Positions 18,731-29,860 of a stretch of 64,000 nucleotides of DNA are shown here, piece after piece. The DNA comes from Escherichia coli (GTDB taxonomy: Bacteria; Pseudomonadota; Gammaproteobacteria; Enterobacterales; Enterobacteriaceae), in assembly GCF_051903065.1 (NCBI RefSeq), contig NZ_CP178438.1. One strand, written 5' to 3'. A program made the position numbers and the translations under genes. The notes under the pieces were generated by a model. It was not told the DNA's origin and searched no databases. It saw nothing but the letters and a program-made list of their open reading frames with translations. Numbering within the stretch: position 1 is the first letter of the stretch; each line of letters begins with the position of its first letter.

Positions 18731-18970
18731 TCAGTGACGGCAAATCTTACTCTGATCGGTCGAAAAACCGTATTCTGAAGGTATAAATTTGCCTTTTGCT
18801 GCCAGAAACGCTACCAGCTCTCCCGCTGTCATCCCTTCTGCCGAGCAAGTGTGAAAACGTGCCTGTTCACCAAAACGCGCTTTAATCGCAGCTTCCAGAC
18901 TGGCATGCGTATATTGCTCGCCTGATTCAATCATCATATTTAACACTTCATGACCGTGAATAGAGTCCAT
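18731..18970 (-). CDS. yecH: DUF2492 family protein YecH
   Basis: 79-aa ORF MDSIHGHEVLNMMIESGEQYTHASLEAAIKARFGEQARFHTCSAEGM; synteny. Confidence 0.88.
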   Translation of the reverse strand: MDSIHGHEVLNMMIESGEQYTHASLEAAIKARFGEQARFHTCSAEGMTAGELVAFLAAKGKFIPSEYGFSTDQSKICRH

Positions 18971-19051
18971 CGTTCCTCCTCAAAAAAAGCCTAGCGTAGC
19001 GATTGCCGCTTATGAAGACTTTGCGCCAGCGCAGGACTGAATGCTTTTTAT

Positions 19052-19069
19052 TGTACATTTATATTTACA
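19052..19069 (+). promoter_or_regulatory. TyrR box in the tyrP promoter
   Basis: tgtaca-tttata-tttaca fits the TGTAAA-N6-TTTACA consensus about 90 bp upstream of tyrP; a weaker second box tgtaac-N6-ttgacg follows at about 19075-19092. Confidence 0.7.
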
Positions 19070-19160
19070 CCATATGTAACGTCGGTTTGACGAAGCAGCC
19101 GTTATGCCTTAACCTGCGCCGCAGATATCACTCATAAAGATCGTCAGGACAGAAGAAAGC

Positions 19161-20372
19161 GTGAAAAACAGAACCCTGGGAAGTGTTTTTATCGTGGCGG
19201 GAACCACAATTGGCGCAGGCATGCTGGCAATGCCGCTGGCTGCGGCAGGTGTTGGTTTTAGCGTCACGTTAATCTTGTTGATTGGGCTTTGGGCGTTGAT
19301 GTGCTACACGGCGCTATTACTGCTGGAGGTGTACCAGCATGTTCCGGCAGATACCGGCCTGGGCACGCTGGCAAAACGCTATCTGGGACGCTACGGTCAG
19401 TGGCTGACGGGCTTCAGTATGATGTTCTTAATGTATGCTCTGACTGCGGCATACATCAGCGGTGCTGGTGAATTGTTGGCTTCCAGCATCAGCGACTGGA
19501 CAGGTATTTCAATGTCGGCAACCGCTGGCGTGCTGTTGTTCACTTTTGTTGCCGGTGGCGTGGTTTGTGTCGGGACATCGCTGGTCGATTTATTTAACCG
19601 TTTTCTGTTCAGCGCCAAAATTATTTTTCTGGTGGTAATGCTGGTACTACTGCTACCGCATATTCACAAAGTGAATCTTTTAACCCTGCCGTTGCAACAG
19701 GGGCTGGCACTGTCTGCAATCCCGGTGATTTTTACGTCGTTTGGTTTTCACGGTAGTGTGCCGAGTATTGTCAGCTATATGGATGGCAACATTCGTAAGC
19801 TACGCTGGGTGTTTATAACCGGTAGTGCGATCCCCCTGGTGGCATATATTTTCTGGCAGGTGGCGACGCTTGGCAGCATTGATTCAACAACCTTTATGGG
19901 ATTGCTGGCTAATCATGCCGGATTAAACGGGCTGCTACAGGCGTTACGCGAAATGGTGGCCTCTCCGCATGTTGAACTGGCGGTGCATTTATTTGCTGAT
20001 TTAGCCCTCGCCACGTCATTTCTCGGCGTTGCGTTAGGCTTATTTGATTATCTGGCTGATTTGTTTCAGCGTTCAAATACCGTTGGTGGAAGATTGCAAA
20101 CGGGTGCAATTACCTTTCTGCCGCCGTTGGCGTTTGCACTGTTTTATCCACGAGGATTTGTGATGGCGCTGGGTTACGCCGGTGTGGCGCTGGCGGTACT
20201 GGCATTGATTATCCCTTCACTATTGACCTGGCAAAGCAGAAAGCACAATCCTCAGGCGGGTTACCGGGTCAAAGGTGGTCGTCCGGCGCTGGTGGTGGTG
20301 TTTCTCTGTGGTATTGCTGTGATTGGCGTGCAATTTTTGATTGCGGCAGGGTTGTTACCAGAAGTGGGGTGA
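19161..20372 (+). CDS. tyrP: tyrosine-specific transporter TyrP (GTG start)
   Basis: 403-aa ORF (V)[32 protein letters not shown]; HAAAP family; synteny. Confidence 0.95.
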   Translation: MKNRTLGSVFIVAGTTIGAGMLAMPLAAAGVGFSVTLILLIGLWALMCYTALLLLEVYQHVPADTGLGTLAKRYLGRYGQWLTGFSMMFLMYALTAAYISGAGELLASSISDWTGISMSATAGVLLFTFVAGGVVCVGTSLVDLFNRFLFSAKIIFLVVMLVLLLPHIHKVNLLTLPLQQGLALSAIPVIFTSFGFHGSVPSIVSYMDGNIRKLRWVFITGSAIPLVAYIFWQVATLGSIDSTTFMGLLANHAGLNGLLQALREMVASPHVELAVHLFADLALATSFLGVALGLFDYLADLFQRSNTVGGRLQTGAITFLPPLAFALFYPRGFVMALGYAGVALAVLALIIPSLLTWQSRKHNPQAGYRVKGGRPALVVVFLCGIAVIGVQFLIAAGLLPEVG

Positions 20373-20433
20373 TTAGATAGCCTCAAATTCCTTATTGGGT
20401 GCCAGAATTAACGCTGACACCCAATTTGACTTC

Positions 20434-21099
20434 TTAATGCAGGCAGCACTGCTTAAATTTCTTACCACTACCGCACGGGCAAGGATCGTTACGCCCCGGT
20501 TTCTCTTCTGCTATGATCGGTTGCTGAACAGCTTTTTCCTGCGGATGCGCCATCCAGTATGCATGTAAATCAAGCGCCGCCAGTCGAATGGCATCTACGC
20601 TCTCTTCAAACGCTTCTGGCGACATCTTCTCTACCCGCTCGAAGTTTTCCTGAGTACCGTGCAGCGCTATCGCCTCCAGCGCTGGTTTTAACGAATCGGG
20701 CAATGTTGACCAGTCAGAAAGTGCCACGCCCCGCATATAGCCAAAGCACCACTCCTCAACAATCGTCAGCTCGCTGCCATCAACTTCTCGCAAGCCGAAT
20801 AACGGCTCAAACTGCTCCGGGAATTCGTTCAGACGCTCTGCGGTATCGGCCATATGTTGAAAAGCCAGGTTCATAAAGCGCGTCATCTCTTTCTCTGACG
20901 CCCAGCGCGGCACATAGTCAGCCCCACCCCACACGGCAACCAGCCACTGTGCCGGTTCAATCTCTTGCGGAGAACTCAACACCGCCGTCAATAAACCGTC
21001 CAGCTCCGCCACATCAAGGATGGCGTGGTCAGTGTTGTATTTGGTCAGAATATCGTCCAGCCATTCCAACTCACTTTCGTTTAACGGTCCCGTTTTCAT
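20434..21099 (-). CDS. yecA: UPF0149/SEC-C motif protein YecA
   Basis: 221-aa ORF ending in the SecA-type metal-binding motif [15 protein letters not shown]; synteny next to leuZ. Confidence 0.95.
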   Translation of the reverse strand: MKTGPLNESELEWLDDILTKYNTDHAILDVAELDGLLTAVLSSPQEIEPAQWLVAVWGGADYVPRWASEKEMTRFMNLAFQHMADTAERLNEFPEQFEPLFGLREVDGSELTIVEEWCFGYMRGVALSDWSTLPDSLKPALEAIALHGTQENFERVEKMSPEAFEESVDAIRLAALDLHAYWMAHPQEKAVQQPIIAEEKPGRNDPCPCGSGKKFKQCCLH

Positions 21100-21222
21100 A
21101 CGCTTTTCCTTGTGGATCTCAACTCGCCAGCACCTATCTTACATGCCGGTCCGTATCAGAGATACTTTTTGAGTGGCTTTGCCGGTGATTAAAAATCAAG
21201 GAGGGTGTAACGACAAGTTGCA

Positions 21223-21400
21223 GGCACAAAAAAACCACCCGAAGGTGGTTTCACGACACTGCTTATTGCTTTGATTTTATTCTTATCTTTCCCATGGTAC
21301 CCGGAGCGGGACTTGAACCCGCACAGCGCGAACGCCGAGGGATTTTAAATTCTACGCAGGATCAATGAGTTACATAGCAGTGCATTGCGAAACTTTGCTG
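21223..21400. repeat. att direct repeat copy 1 (host-side leuZ terminator, displaced 56-nt 3' end of tRNA-Leu at 21295-21350, and about 50 bp of shared element-end sequence)
   Basis: Near-identical to 23538-23712; the part through gggattttaaat matches 58630-58754 inside intact leuZ. Confidence 0.85.
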
Positions 21401-21630
21401 TAATTGTTTACTCATTTTACTGTAATTGGCAGTAAATAGATAGACTTGGATAACTTTGAGCACAGAATCTGCACAGGTAAGTCCCCTCTCACGGAGGCCT
21501 ACCTGTGCTATATCTATATGACTGCAAAGTTACGAGTTTGACTGGAAATCTTCAATTATCTTCTGATTGTAATCATCCAGATACTTTTGCAGTTCATCCC
21601 TGTCGATCAGACGTACCAAGGCTGATTCAG

Positions 21631-22171
21631 CTAACTCTTTCGCAGAGCGAGTGAGTAGGAATTAGTCACAACCATCGCCTCATCACAACCATAGAATGTT
21701 TTAGCAGAGATCACCTGCTGCACCGCCGAGTTACCTACAGAACCAGAATAATTTTTCGCCTGAATAACCATATCCTTACCAAATCGAGTGACGAAGAGAT
21801 CTGCCCCCTGATCTTGCGTTCTCTTGGTTTCTTTGACGTCATAGCCCATAGTCTGGAATACTTCCACAAGGAAATCTTCAAACTGGAAACCGTCCATTGC
21901 ATCAACTAAATACATGGTGACGAATTTGTTAGGGTTAAAATGTTCGAGCCGTGTAGCTAATCTATCAACCAGAATATCAAAATAAATATGTTCGCACACA
22001 GCTAAGTATTTTTTAACTTCATCAAATGAAACTAAAGGAACACCAGGCGTAGCCTCCACTTTTTCATTGAACTCTACTGATGAGAACTCTATTTTATTGC
22101 TCCATATATAGAATAGAAACAATGAAAGATCTGCCCTAAAAGTGGTACCCGCTTCCTCAATCCATGACTTC
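21631..22171 (-). pseudogene. Mrr-type restriction endonuclease domain gene, 5' end removed by IS1
   Basis: ORF 21631..22185 begins inside the IS1 left end; product has the Mrr_cat-like motif GADLFVTRFGKDMVIQAKNY (D..QxK). Confidence 0.6.
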
Positions 22172-22939
22172 GGTGATGCTGCCAACTTACTGATTTAGTG
22201 TATGATGGTGTTTTTGAGGTGCTCCAGTGGCTTCTGTTTCTATCAGCTGTCCCTCCTGTTCAGCTACTGACGGGGTGGTGCGTAACGGCAAAAGCACCGC
22301 CGGACATCAGCGCTATCTCTGCTCTCACTGCCGTAAAACATGGCAACTGCAGTTCACTTACACCGCTTCTCAACCCGGTACGCACCAGAAAATCATTGAT
22401 ATGGCCATGAATGGCGTTGGATGCCGGGCAACAGCCCGCATTATGGGCGTTGGCCTCAACACGATTTTACGTCACTTAAAAAACTCAGGCCGCAGTCGGT
22501 AACCTCGCGCATACAGCCGGGCAGTGACGTCATCGTCTGCGCGGAAATGGACGAACAGTGGGGCTATGTCGGGGCTAAATCGCGCCAGCGCTGGCTGTTT
22601 TACGCGTATGACAGGCTCCGGAAGACGGTTGTTGCGCACGTATTCGGTGAACGCACTATGGCGACGCTGGGGCGTCTTATGAGCCTGCTGTCACCCTTTG
22701 ACGTGGTGATATGGATGACGGATGGCTGGCCGCTGTATGAATCCCGCCTGAAGGGAAAGCTGCACGTAATCAGCAAGCGATATACGCAGCGAATTGAGCG
22801 GCATAACCTGAATCTGAGGCAGCACCTGGCACGGCTGGGACGGAAGTCGCTGTCGTTCTCAAAATCGGTGGAGCTGCATGACAAAGTCATCGGGCATTAT
22901 CTGAACATAAAACACTATCAATAAGTTGGAGTCATTACC
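22172..22939 (+). mobile_element. insAB: IS1 copy 1 (768 bp, insA 22227-22502, insB frame 22421-22924), no target-site duplication
   Basis: Left end ggtgatgctgccaacttactgat and right end aagttggagtcattacc; Ins[40 protein letters not shown]; flanking 9-mers differ (catgacttc vs gccgcttca). Confidence 0.95.
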
Positions 22940-23364
22940 GCCGCTTCACGCAATATCATTTCAGGCTGGCCCGGGAGCTTAATATTCCTCCCCAGGCAAT
23001 CGTGTATGCCAATCTACTGGCGTGGGATTACGACGGACTGACCCCTCTCAATCGCCCTCAAAATGAAGTGCAGGAAGTTATATTAGCCTCGCTGAAGCTG
23101 CTGGCGGTACAAATTAAACACCTTGAGCCTGATTTCATCATCTTTGCATCTGGAGCCCGGAGAACAGACTACATCATAAAACAGGTGCTTACTGAGCTGG
23201 GCGGCTATGAGACTTCTGCAGTCATTCCGGGGAAGCTATGGGAGTTCAAAACAGGTAATGCAATCTGTTTCAGAATTGCCCATCCAAGGGCTATGCGCGG
23301 ACACAAGAAGTACAGAGATGAGGTGATTGCACGAATTAAGCAACTTTGTACTCAGGGTGGCTAG
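22940..23364 (+). pseudogene. 3' fragment of the 57717-58457 gene (UDG-like), truncated by IS1
   Basis: 22940-23600 is near-identical to 58033-58698; translation YANLLAWDYDGLTPLNRPQNEVQEV... matches the C-terminal 141 codons of the 246-aa protein. Confidence 0.8.
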
Positions 23365-23537
23365 AGCATTACAGTTTGCTCAGCAGGCCCCCCCTTCCCG
23401 GAAGAGTACCGGAAAACAGGCAAAGCGGCCTGGTTCTCTATGCTGGAGGCGACACGTTCAATTCGGCATTGCCAGGCTGTAGATTGCAGCTCATTGCACC
23501 CCGTGAGCACAGGATATGCACAGGGCGTGAATTGCAT

Positions 23538-23712
23538 GCACAAAAAAACCACCCGGAGGTGGTTTCACGACACTGCTTATTGCTTTGATTATTCTGATGT
23601 TTCCCATGGTACCCGGAGTGGGACTTGAACCCACACAGCGCGAACGCCGAGGGATTTTAAATTCTACGTAGGATCAATGAGTTACATAGCAGTGCATTGC
23701 GAAACTTTGCTG
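23538..23712. repeat. att direct repeat copy 2 (internal; terminator plus tRNA-Leu 3' fragment 23607-23662 with two substitutions)
   Basis: Aligns with copy 1 and copy 3; followed by element-end sequence that diverges after gaaactttgctg. Confidence 0.85.
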
Positions 23713-23938
23713 ACGTTGAATGGTCGTCTTTGCAACCACTGGCAGAAAATGGATAGCCGTAGATTGCGTTGAGCACAGAAACAGCACAGGGTAATCGTCT
23801 ACCTGGTCCTGTAAAGGAGGTTGTTGCCACACAAGCTAAAGCGCTTGACCTGCCCCCAGTATTCGGTACAACTGTCAGTTAGTAATGGACTGACCCCACC
23901 CCGGTAGACGATCCTGCCCTATAGTTACCTTTAACTAA

Positions 23939-26900
23939 TTATGCCAATTCAGACTCAAACGCTGCATCATTCGCTTCAGCCTCTGCGCCATCAATTAATG
24001 CCAAGACTCGGTCAAGAAAGCGTTGCGCTTCGTATACATCTGTTGCTTGCCGCAGATAATGAGGTATTCGTTCAACAAACTCGGAACGTGATAAAGGCTG
24101 ATGTTCCAGCAAAGCCTCAAGCATTGCGGGCCGCAACAAACGACGATCAGCATCAACATTAGGAAGCTCAACCTCAATGACATGTGTGGCAAAATACTTA
24201 AGTTGCTCCTTAAGCCCCAAATTGGGCATAAGAGAATCAATTGAGTCAGACGCCACTTCAGCGCTTGACTCAATCGTTTCTACATATTCATAGGAAGGTA
24301 CAACAACGTCTGGAGCCAATGTTTTAAGCTCATGGAGTTTACGGATAATCGGAGATAGAACCTCATCAGGATTACTGAACCAATCAGTGGACCAAATGCG
24401 GCTAATTCTCCAACCCAAACGCTCCAGAACCTCTTGACGCAAACGGTCACGATCACGAGCAGATTTAGCTGAGTGATAAGCCGCACCATCACACTCTATG
24501 CCCATTAAGTAACGGCCAGGACAACCTGGATCTTTCACAGCTAGATCAATAAAGAATCCTGCAACCCCTACCTGAGGTTCACACTCAAACCCAGCGTGAT
24601 TGAGTGCTTCCATTACAGCAACCTCAAAGTCACTATCTGGAGCCCTGCCGGTATGCGTTGTGAGGGAATCTAGTTTGCCACTTTCGGCAAACTGTAAAAA
24701 ACCTTTCAACGAAATAACACCAAGTTTACTGATTTCACTCGTCAATACATCTTCAGAACGCATTGAACTAAACACATGCATCCGTTTTTTTGATCGAGTG
24801 AAAAGCACATTCAAGCGACGCCAGCCAACATCGGAATTGATAGGTCCAAAGCGTTGATAAACCTTTCCACCATGCTCAGAAGGTCCATAGGTAAAGGAAA
24901 TAAAGATTACATCACGCTCATCCCCTTGAACGTTCTCAAGGTTTTTCACAAAAAGTGGCTCTTCCATGGCATATAAGCCATCGATTGCATCGTTAAATTC
25001 AGGGCGATTTCGGCGCAATTCATCGATAGCGCGCTCAATTTGATCGCGTTGCTTGGAACTCATGGCCACTACCCCGAGTGACTCACCCGGCCGGTGTTGC
25101 GCATGATGAAGTACGGCCTCAGCAACTGCTTGGGCTTCTTCAATATTGTGTTGATTGGAGAACCGACCTTTTGACACATAGGTAAATTTAATCCCATACT
25201 CTGGAGACTCAGCATTTGGGGAAGGGAATATCACCAAATCACTGTTATAAAAATGGCGGTTAGAGTATGCAATCAACTTTTCATGTCGTGAACGATAGTG
25301 CCAACGCAAACGTCTCATAGGAAACAGTGGCAAAGCAGCATCCAAAATGCTGTCAGTATCACTTAAAGCCGCGGCATCATCGTCATCTTCTCCGTCGGCA
25401 CTTCGATCAAAGAAACTGGTTGGTGGTAGCTGTTTCGGGTCACCAACGACCACTAGTTGCTTGCCCCTCGCGATGACACCCAATGCATCCTCTGGCTTCA
25501 CCTGAGACGCTTCGTCCATCACCACCAGATCAAATTCCATTCGTCCAGGTTCTAGGTAATGAGCTGCTGACATTGGCCCCATCATGAAACAAGGTTTAAT
25601 TGCAACCAGCGCATTACATGCACGGTTAACCAATTGCCTAATTGGAATATGTCTGGTTTTTTTACCCAACTCATTTTTGATCAAAGCTAGTTCTGTATAT
25701 TCACTTTTCTTACCACCAGAATTCCCTTCTGGTATATTTCGGCAAGCAATTTTTGCTGCAATCCGCTGACGTTGTAATTCAATCAGTTTTTTATCGTAAT
25801 CTTTAAATGACTTCTGCAAAGCATTGCGCTGTGAGCCGGAAACTCTCATCAATTCAGGGTGGATGTGAATAACCTCCCGCGCCAGCTGGTCATGAATTGC
25901 TAATGCTAAACCCAATTCAACTTTTTCAATCGGGAGCGAGCCCGCAAGTACAGCACTCCAGATTCGCTGCAATCCATTTTCATGCATCTGCTCGTAACAA
26001 CGAATAAAGTTAACCCACCCGTTCAACCAACGGGGTTGCTGTATTGCTCTTTCGTTGCGCTCGATTAATGTATTAAGAGAACCATCAGTCGACTTGAGCC
26101 ACTGACTCCGCTCTAACTTTGTTTCTAGCGCATATAACTCAGCATTTTTAATCTGTTCATTCCATTTCGAAACTATTTCCCCACCATCACGACATAGTAA
26201 ATCGTAATCACTACCACTAGCCAAATGTCTGATCTGGGTAGCCAAGGATACGCAATTTATCTTATCAACCAGTTGCTCGGCAAAATTCAGCGTGTCGTTA
26301 ATAGTGTCTAACGTCAGTTGATTATTTTTATACGCACCGCAAGCCAATGGGGTTAATTGTAAAAACGCCCCTAACTGTAACGAGTCATTTTCAAGGGATA
26401 TCTGAAGATCGTTTATGTTTTGCAAAATCTCGGAGGAATGAGTCATCTGCTCTAATGATATATCTGGATTGATAAACCATCCCTGCAAGGCAATGAGAGT
26501 ATTCCGCACCTGTCGGTAAGATTGCATCAATACACCTTGCTCACCTAACCAAGATGCATGTTCTTCCAACAAGCTAGAAATACGCGGTAATAACTTAGCC
26601 TCGTGCTCGACCCGTTTAACCAAAGTCATTAATCTTGAGCTAATCTGCGATTTCTCGATTAAATGCACACCTTTGATAATCTCACCATCTAGGTTAAATA
26701 ATCCAGAGCCTATCGCAACTCGCTTTCCAAAACCTATCCCGTAACAAGCTCGGACCTTCTTGTACCAATCACGCAATAACATGAGTTGTTCACAGTCGGT
26801 GTCCAACCCTCGGAATGCATTACCAAGTTGATTACCAAAGTCACTTTGTTCAAACCGTTGTAACAGCTCCGAATACTTGAGCAAATCAGCTGAGCAGCGT

Positions 26901-29686
26901 TTTAACTCAGCAAACTTAGTGTCAGGCTTACGAGATTGCGCCATGAGCAGTGCCTTGGCACTACGCCAATCACTCTTAAACCATGCAAATAATCCCCCTT
27001 GCTGGATAACAGCAACGGCATGCGCGAGCATCTCTTGGGAAGGCAACTGGTCCAATTGATACAAAGTAGATAGACCATCTCTTAAAGGACGCAATGTTTC
27101 GATTTGACACATTAAGTCGCGCAATACTGCATCGATATCATCATCATCAAAAAGAGGATCTCGAACTCTAATAAGCTCAGTCGGTAAAGCACCCAGAATC
27201 GACAACAACTCAGAGCAGAATAGCAATCCAGCTTGCGAATCATCGATATACGAAGCAATACCATCTGGCAAAGCATTTTTGAAATCGTTTAATTGCGCAT
27301 AAATAGATGATAACTCATCATGAATTGATTGGATGGATTCAAGCCACCTGACCAAATCACGTAAAGTGAAATCCTCTGCTGCACCATATTTTTCCAGCTC
27401 TTCACGAGGAAAGTCACACGATTGTCCTTGTTCTAAAAGTCGTAGCTTTTGAGGCTCGATAACCTGGCTCAAGGCCACATAATGACCTTGTAGCAACTCG
27501 AACCTATCTAAATAGTGACGCACCCGTGCAATGGCATCGGGTGAATCTAGCTCACTAAGTGCTGGGAAATGCTCTGAACCACACAACACTGGAAGATTCG
27601 ACTGATCTTCTACCAATTGCTCAATATATTGAAGCGTATTAAGGCTTTCGCCTTCTAACGCCCACTTATCTACATATTCTTGATAGCTATGTTGAAAGTC
27701 GATAATTGATGTCTGCCAAGTTTGTAGCAAATCGACTATACGAGCGCTGTCAAACAATTGAATTTGTGTGTTATTCACACCGCTCCAAGGGTGCTCATAT
27801 ATTTCTGCATTAGCCCCCACCTGCTCACGAACCTCTTTGTAGATGCGGCTAAACTCTACTATTTGGTCACGCAGCCGTAATTGGGTCACTTTATCCAACT
27901 GCTTCCCGGAAAGGTTTTCGATATGAAGTGCTGTTGCATCAATATCTAATTTGTGACGATAACGGGTTGCACCACTCAAAATCTGATGGATCGTTTTGCC
28001 TGTTTGCGCCCATTGGTTATTGATCAATGCGGCATATTCATTGAGCTGCTGCTTAAGATCTTCATAACGCAAAATCTGAGCATCAATCTCTTCCATAGTA
28101 GGCATGGTCGCCTGACTCACCAAGCGAGCATTAATATCATCCAGCACCTTGCGCTTATGAGTTTTATGACTGTGCAACTCTAAGCAAAATTGACCTAGCC
28201 CCGCACGATCCAAGCGACGTTTGACGACCTCCAGTGCAGCCATCTTCTCTGCCACAAACAGGACTTTCTTACCGTTGAGCAGAGCTGCTGCAATCAAGTT
28301 GGTGATCGTTTGTGATTTGCCACTACCAGGAGGGCCCTCAATGACTAAGTTTTGACCACGGATAGCATCGATCAACGCACTGTGCTGCGAGCTATCCGCA
28401 TCATCGATTAGTGGAACCTTGTCATGAATATCAGGGTAACTATCGATGCAGTACTCATGCTGACCGAAGCCACCAGGTAAGCCGGAATTCTCTTGACCAC
28501 AGCTCTGACTGGTGAAAAAGCGACGAATTACTTCATGAGACAATATATTGCGCTTGTCACAAGGCCAGCGGGCAGGATCGAGGTCAAGATACATCATCAT
28601 CTTGCCAAAATTGAGCAAGCTAAGTGCACCATAACGTTTCACAGACCATTTAGGTTTGTGCTGCTCTACAACCTTCTTCACCGAAGCAAAATAAGACTCT
28701 GGAGTTTCCTCTTCATTGAACAAAGGAAGAGCGAGGCCAAAGTCAGCCTGAAGTTTTTCCTTCAAAGAGAGATTGGGCAAAATATCTTCACCCGTGTAAT
28801 AAAGTTGAAACTTGTAAAGACCATCCTTCGGATCTAATTTTCCTCGTTCACATCTCACCGGAATTGTAAATAACGGTGCATAACGTGCCTTTTCAGAGGA
28901 ATCGCTTTCATACCACTCAAGGAACCCTAACGCCAAATACAAGATGTTGGCGCCACTCTCCTCCAAAGCAGTTTGAGCCTTACCATAGATGGCGCGCAAA
29001 CAAGCTTCCAGTTCATTTGGATAAAGCAGAGCCTGTATCCGATTATCGTCATGAGAGGGATTGGAAGAAGATATACTAATCTCATTCCCAGCCTTTGCCT
29101 GTCGTTCAAAATCCTCAAGCCCTTCATAGCCTGCTAAGCAGCACGCCTCCTTCAACGCTGACAAAGCTATACCTTGATTAACGTATTCAGAACGAATCCC
29201 TGTTAATTTTCCATTCTGGCCTTGGGCATATTGCAAGATAAACTGATGGGCTTTTTCCAGCAACTCTCTATCTGAATCAGAAACAACCGTTTTATGGCTA
29301 TCTGGTAAATCAAAATCTGTACGGATTCCTAAGACGTGCGCCCAATCCTTAGCGCTAGGATGAGCTCTTAACTGTATATCTTTACCATCTGGCCCAACTT
29401 TGAGATAGCCATGCTCTAACAGCTGCGCTCTAGTTGGATCGGGCACAGGAGCAAATTCCATCGGGATTTCCGAGCAAAGGGTTTCATAAAGCTGTTCTGG
29501 TAATTCATCAACAATACGTAGTGAAGACCCTTTTTGAGTGATAGGGAAATTCAAAAGTCGATTTCGAGACGTAAGGTCCAATAACTTCTTACGCATAGCC
29601 TCGAGGGAAGTCAGAATAAAATCTGAGCCTCCTTGATTGAGTTCCTCTGCTGTAGAGGTATCTACAGTCGACATAATGTTCTCCAT
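23939..29686 (-). CDS. 1915-aa DUF4011 / SF1 (Upf1-like) helicase / Vsr-like (DUF559) endonuclease protein; resembles single-gene Hhe-type defence proteins
   Basis: N-terminus LLDLTSRNRLLNF; Walker A GPPGSGKSQT; Walker B and motif III DLVVMDEASQ...VVVGDPKQLPP; C-terminal GFFIDLAVKD...GIECDGAAYH...RDRDR. Confidence 0.75.
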   Translation of the reverse strand: MENIMSTVDTSTAEELNQGGSDFILTSLEAMRKKLLDLTSRNRLLNFPITQKGSSLRIVDELPEQLYETLCSEIPMEFAPVPDPTRAQLLEHGYLKVGPDGKDIQLRAHPSAKDWAHVLGIRTDFDLPDSHKTVVSDSDRELLEKAHQFILQYAQGQNGKLTGIRSEYVNQGIALSALKEACCLAGYEGLEDFERQAKAGNEISISSSNPSHDDNRIQALLYPNELEACLRAIYGKAQTALEESGANILYLALGFLEWYESDSSEKARYAPLFTIPVRCERGKLDPKDGLYKFQLYYTGEDILPNLSLKEKLQADFGLALPLFNEEETPESYFASVKKVVEQHKPKWSVKRYGALSLLNFGKMMMYLDLDPARWPCDKRNILSHEVIRRFFTSQSCGQENSGLPGGFGQHEYCIDSYPDIHDKVPLIDDADSSQHSALIDAIRGQNLVIEGPPGSGKSQTITNLIAAALLNGKKVLFVAEKMAALEVVKRRLDRAGLGQFCLELHSHKTHKRKVLDDINARLVSQATMPTMEEIDAQILRYEDLKQQLNEYAALINNQWAQTGKTIHQILSGATRYRHKLDIDATALHIENLSGKQLDKVTQLRLRDQIVEFSRIYKEVREQVGANAEIYEHPWSGVNNTQIQLFDSARIVDLLQTWQTSIIDFQHSYQEYVDKWALEGESLNTLQYIEQLVEDQSNLPVLCGSEHFPALSELDSPDAIARVRHYLDRFELLQGHYVALSQVIEPQKLRLLEQGQSCDFPREELEKYGAAEDFTLRDLVRWLESIQSIHDELSSIYAQLNDFKNALPDGIASYIDDSQAGLLFCSELLSILGALPTELIRVRDPLFDDDDIDAVLRDLMCQIETLRPLRDGLSTLYQLDQLPSQEMLAHAVAVIQQGGLFAWFKSDWRSAKALLMAQSRKPDTKFAELKRCSADLLKYSELLQRFEQSDFGNQLGNAFRGLDTDCEQLMLLRDWYKKVRACYGIGFGKRVAIGSGLFNLDGEIIKGVHLIEKSQISSRLMTLVKRVEHEAKLLPRISSLLEEHASWLGEQGVLMQSYRQVRNTLIALQGWFINPDISLEQMTHSSEILQNINDLQISLENDSLQLGAFLQLTPLACGAYKNNQLTLDTINDTLNFAEQLVDKINCVSLATQIRHLASGSDYDLLCRDGGEIVSKWNEQIKNAELYALETKLERSQWLKSTDGSLNTLIERNERAIQQPRWLNGWVNFIRCYEQMHENGLQRIWSAVLAGSLPIEKVELGLALAIHDQLAREVIHIHPELMRVSGSQRNALQKSFKDYDKKLIELQRQRIAAKIACRNIPEGNSGGKKSEYTELALIKNELGKKTRHIPIRQLVNRACNALVAIKPCFMMGPMSAAHYLEPGRMEFDLVVMDEASQVKPEDALGVIARGKQLVVVGDPKQLPPTSFFDRSADGEDDDDAAALSDTDSILDAALPLFPMRRLRWHYRSRHEKLIAYSNRHFYNSDLVIFPSPNAESPEYGIKFTYVSKGRFSNQHNIEEAQAVAEAVLHHAQHRPGESLGVVAMSSKQRDQIERAIDELRRNRPEFNDAIDGLYAMEEPLFVKNLENVQGDERDVIFISFTYGPSEHGGKVYQRFGPINSDVGWRRLNVLFTRSKKRMHVFSSMRSEDVLTSEISKLGVISLKGFLQFAESGKLDSLTTHTGRAPDSDFEVAVMEALNHAGFECEPQVGVAGFFIDLAVKDPGCPGRYLMGIECDGAAYHSAKSARDRDRLRQEVLERLGWRISRIWSTDWFSNPDEVLSPIIRKLHELKTLAPDVVVPSYEYVETIESSAEVASDSIDSLMPNLGLKEQLKYFATHVIEVELPNVDADRRLLRPAMLEALLEHQPLSRSEFVERIPHYLRQATDVYEAQRFLDRVLALIDGAEAEANDAAFESELA

Positions 29687-29860
29687 TTCTTAGGGTCCAC
29701 AAGTAAAACGTTTTATGCTGATGCATCACAAAAAGACCGCAGTAAACTGCTGCAAAGAAGAGGAGATTTTTAGTCTCCCCTTCTTTATCAATCAGATCAT
29801 ACAATCAACTTAACGCCCATTAGTTGATAGCAGCCAAATTTCATAAACAGATTCAATCCG

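Noticed and set aside
21295-21350. tRNA-Leu-like sequences at 21295-21350 and 23607-23662 as extra tRNA genes
   Set aside because: Only the 3' 56 nt are present (acceptor/T-arm half); they are displaced att-site fragments, not functional tRNAs.
22198-22410. ORFs 22198..22410, 33735..33947 and 53344..53556 (70 aa, [13 protein letters not shown]...)
   Set aside because: Alternative-frame ORFs inside the IS1 left end overlapping insA; not independent genes.
23346-23628. ORFs 23346..23588, 23361..23552 and 23440..23628 (and their twins 58420..58720)
   Set aside because: They span the duplicated att/terminator/tRNA-fragment repeat; their conservation is explained by the repeat, not by coding.
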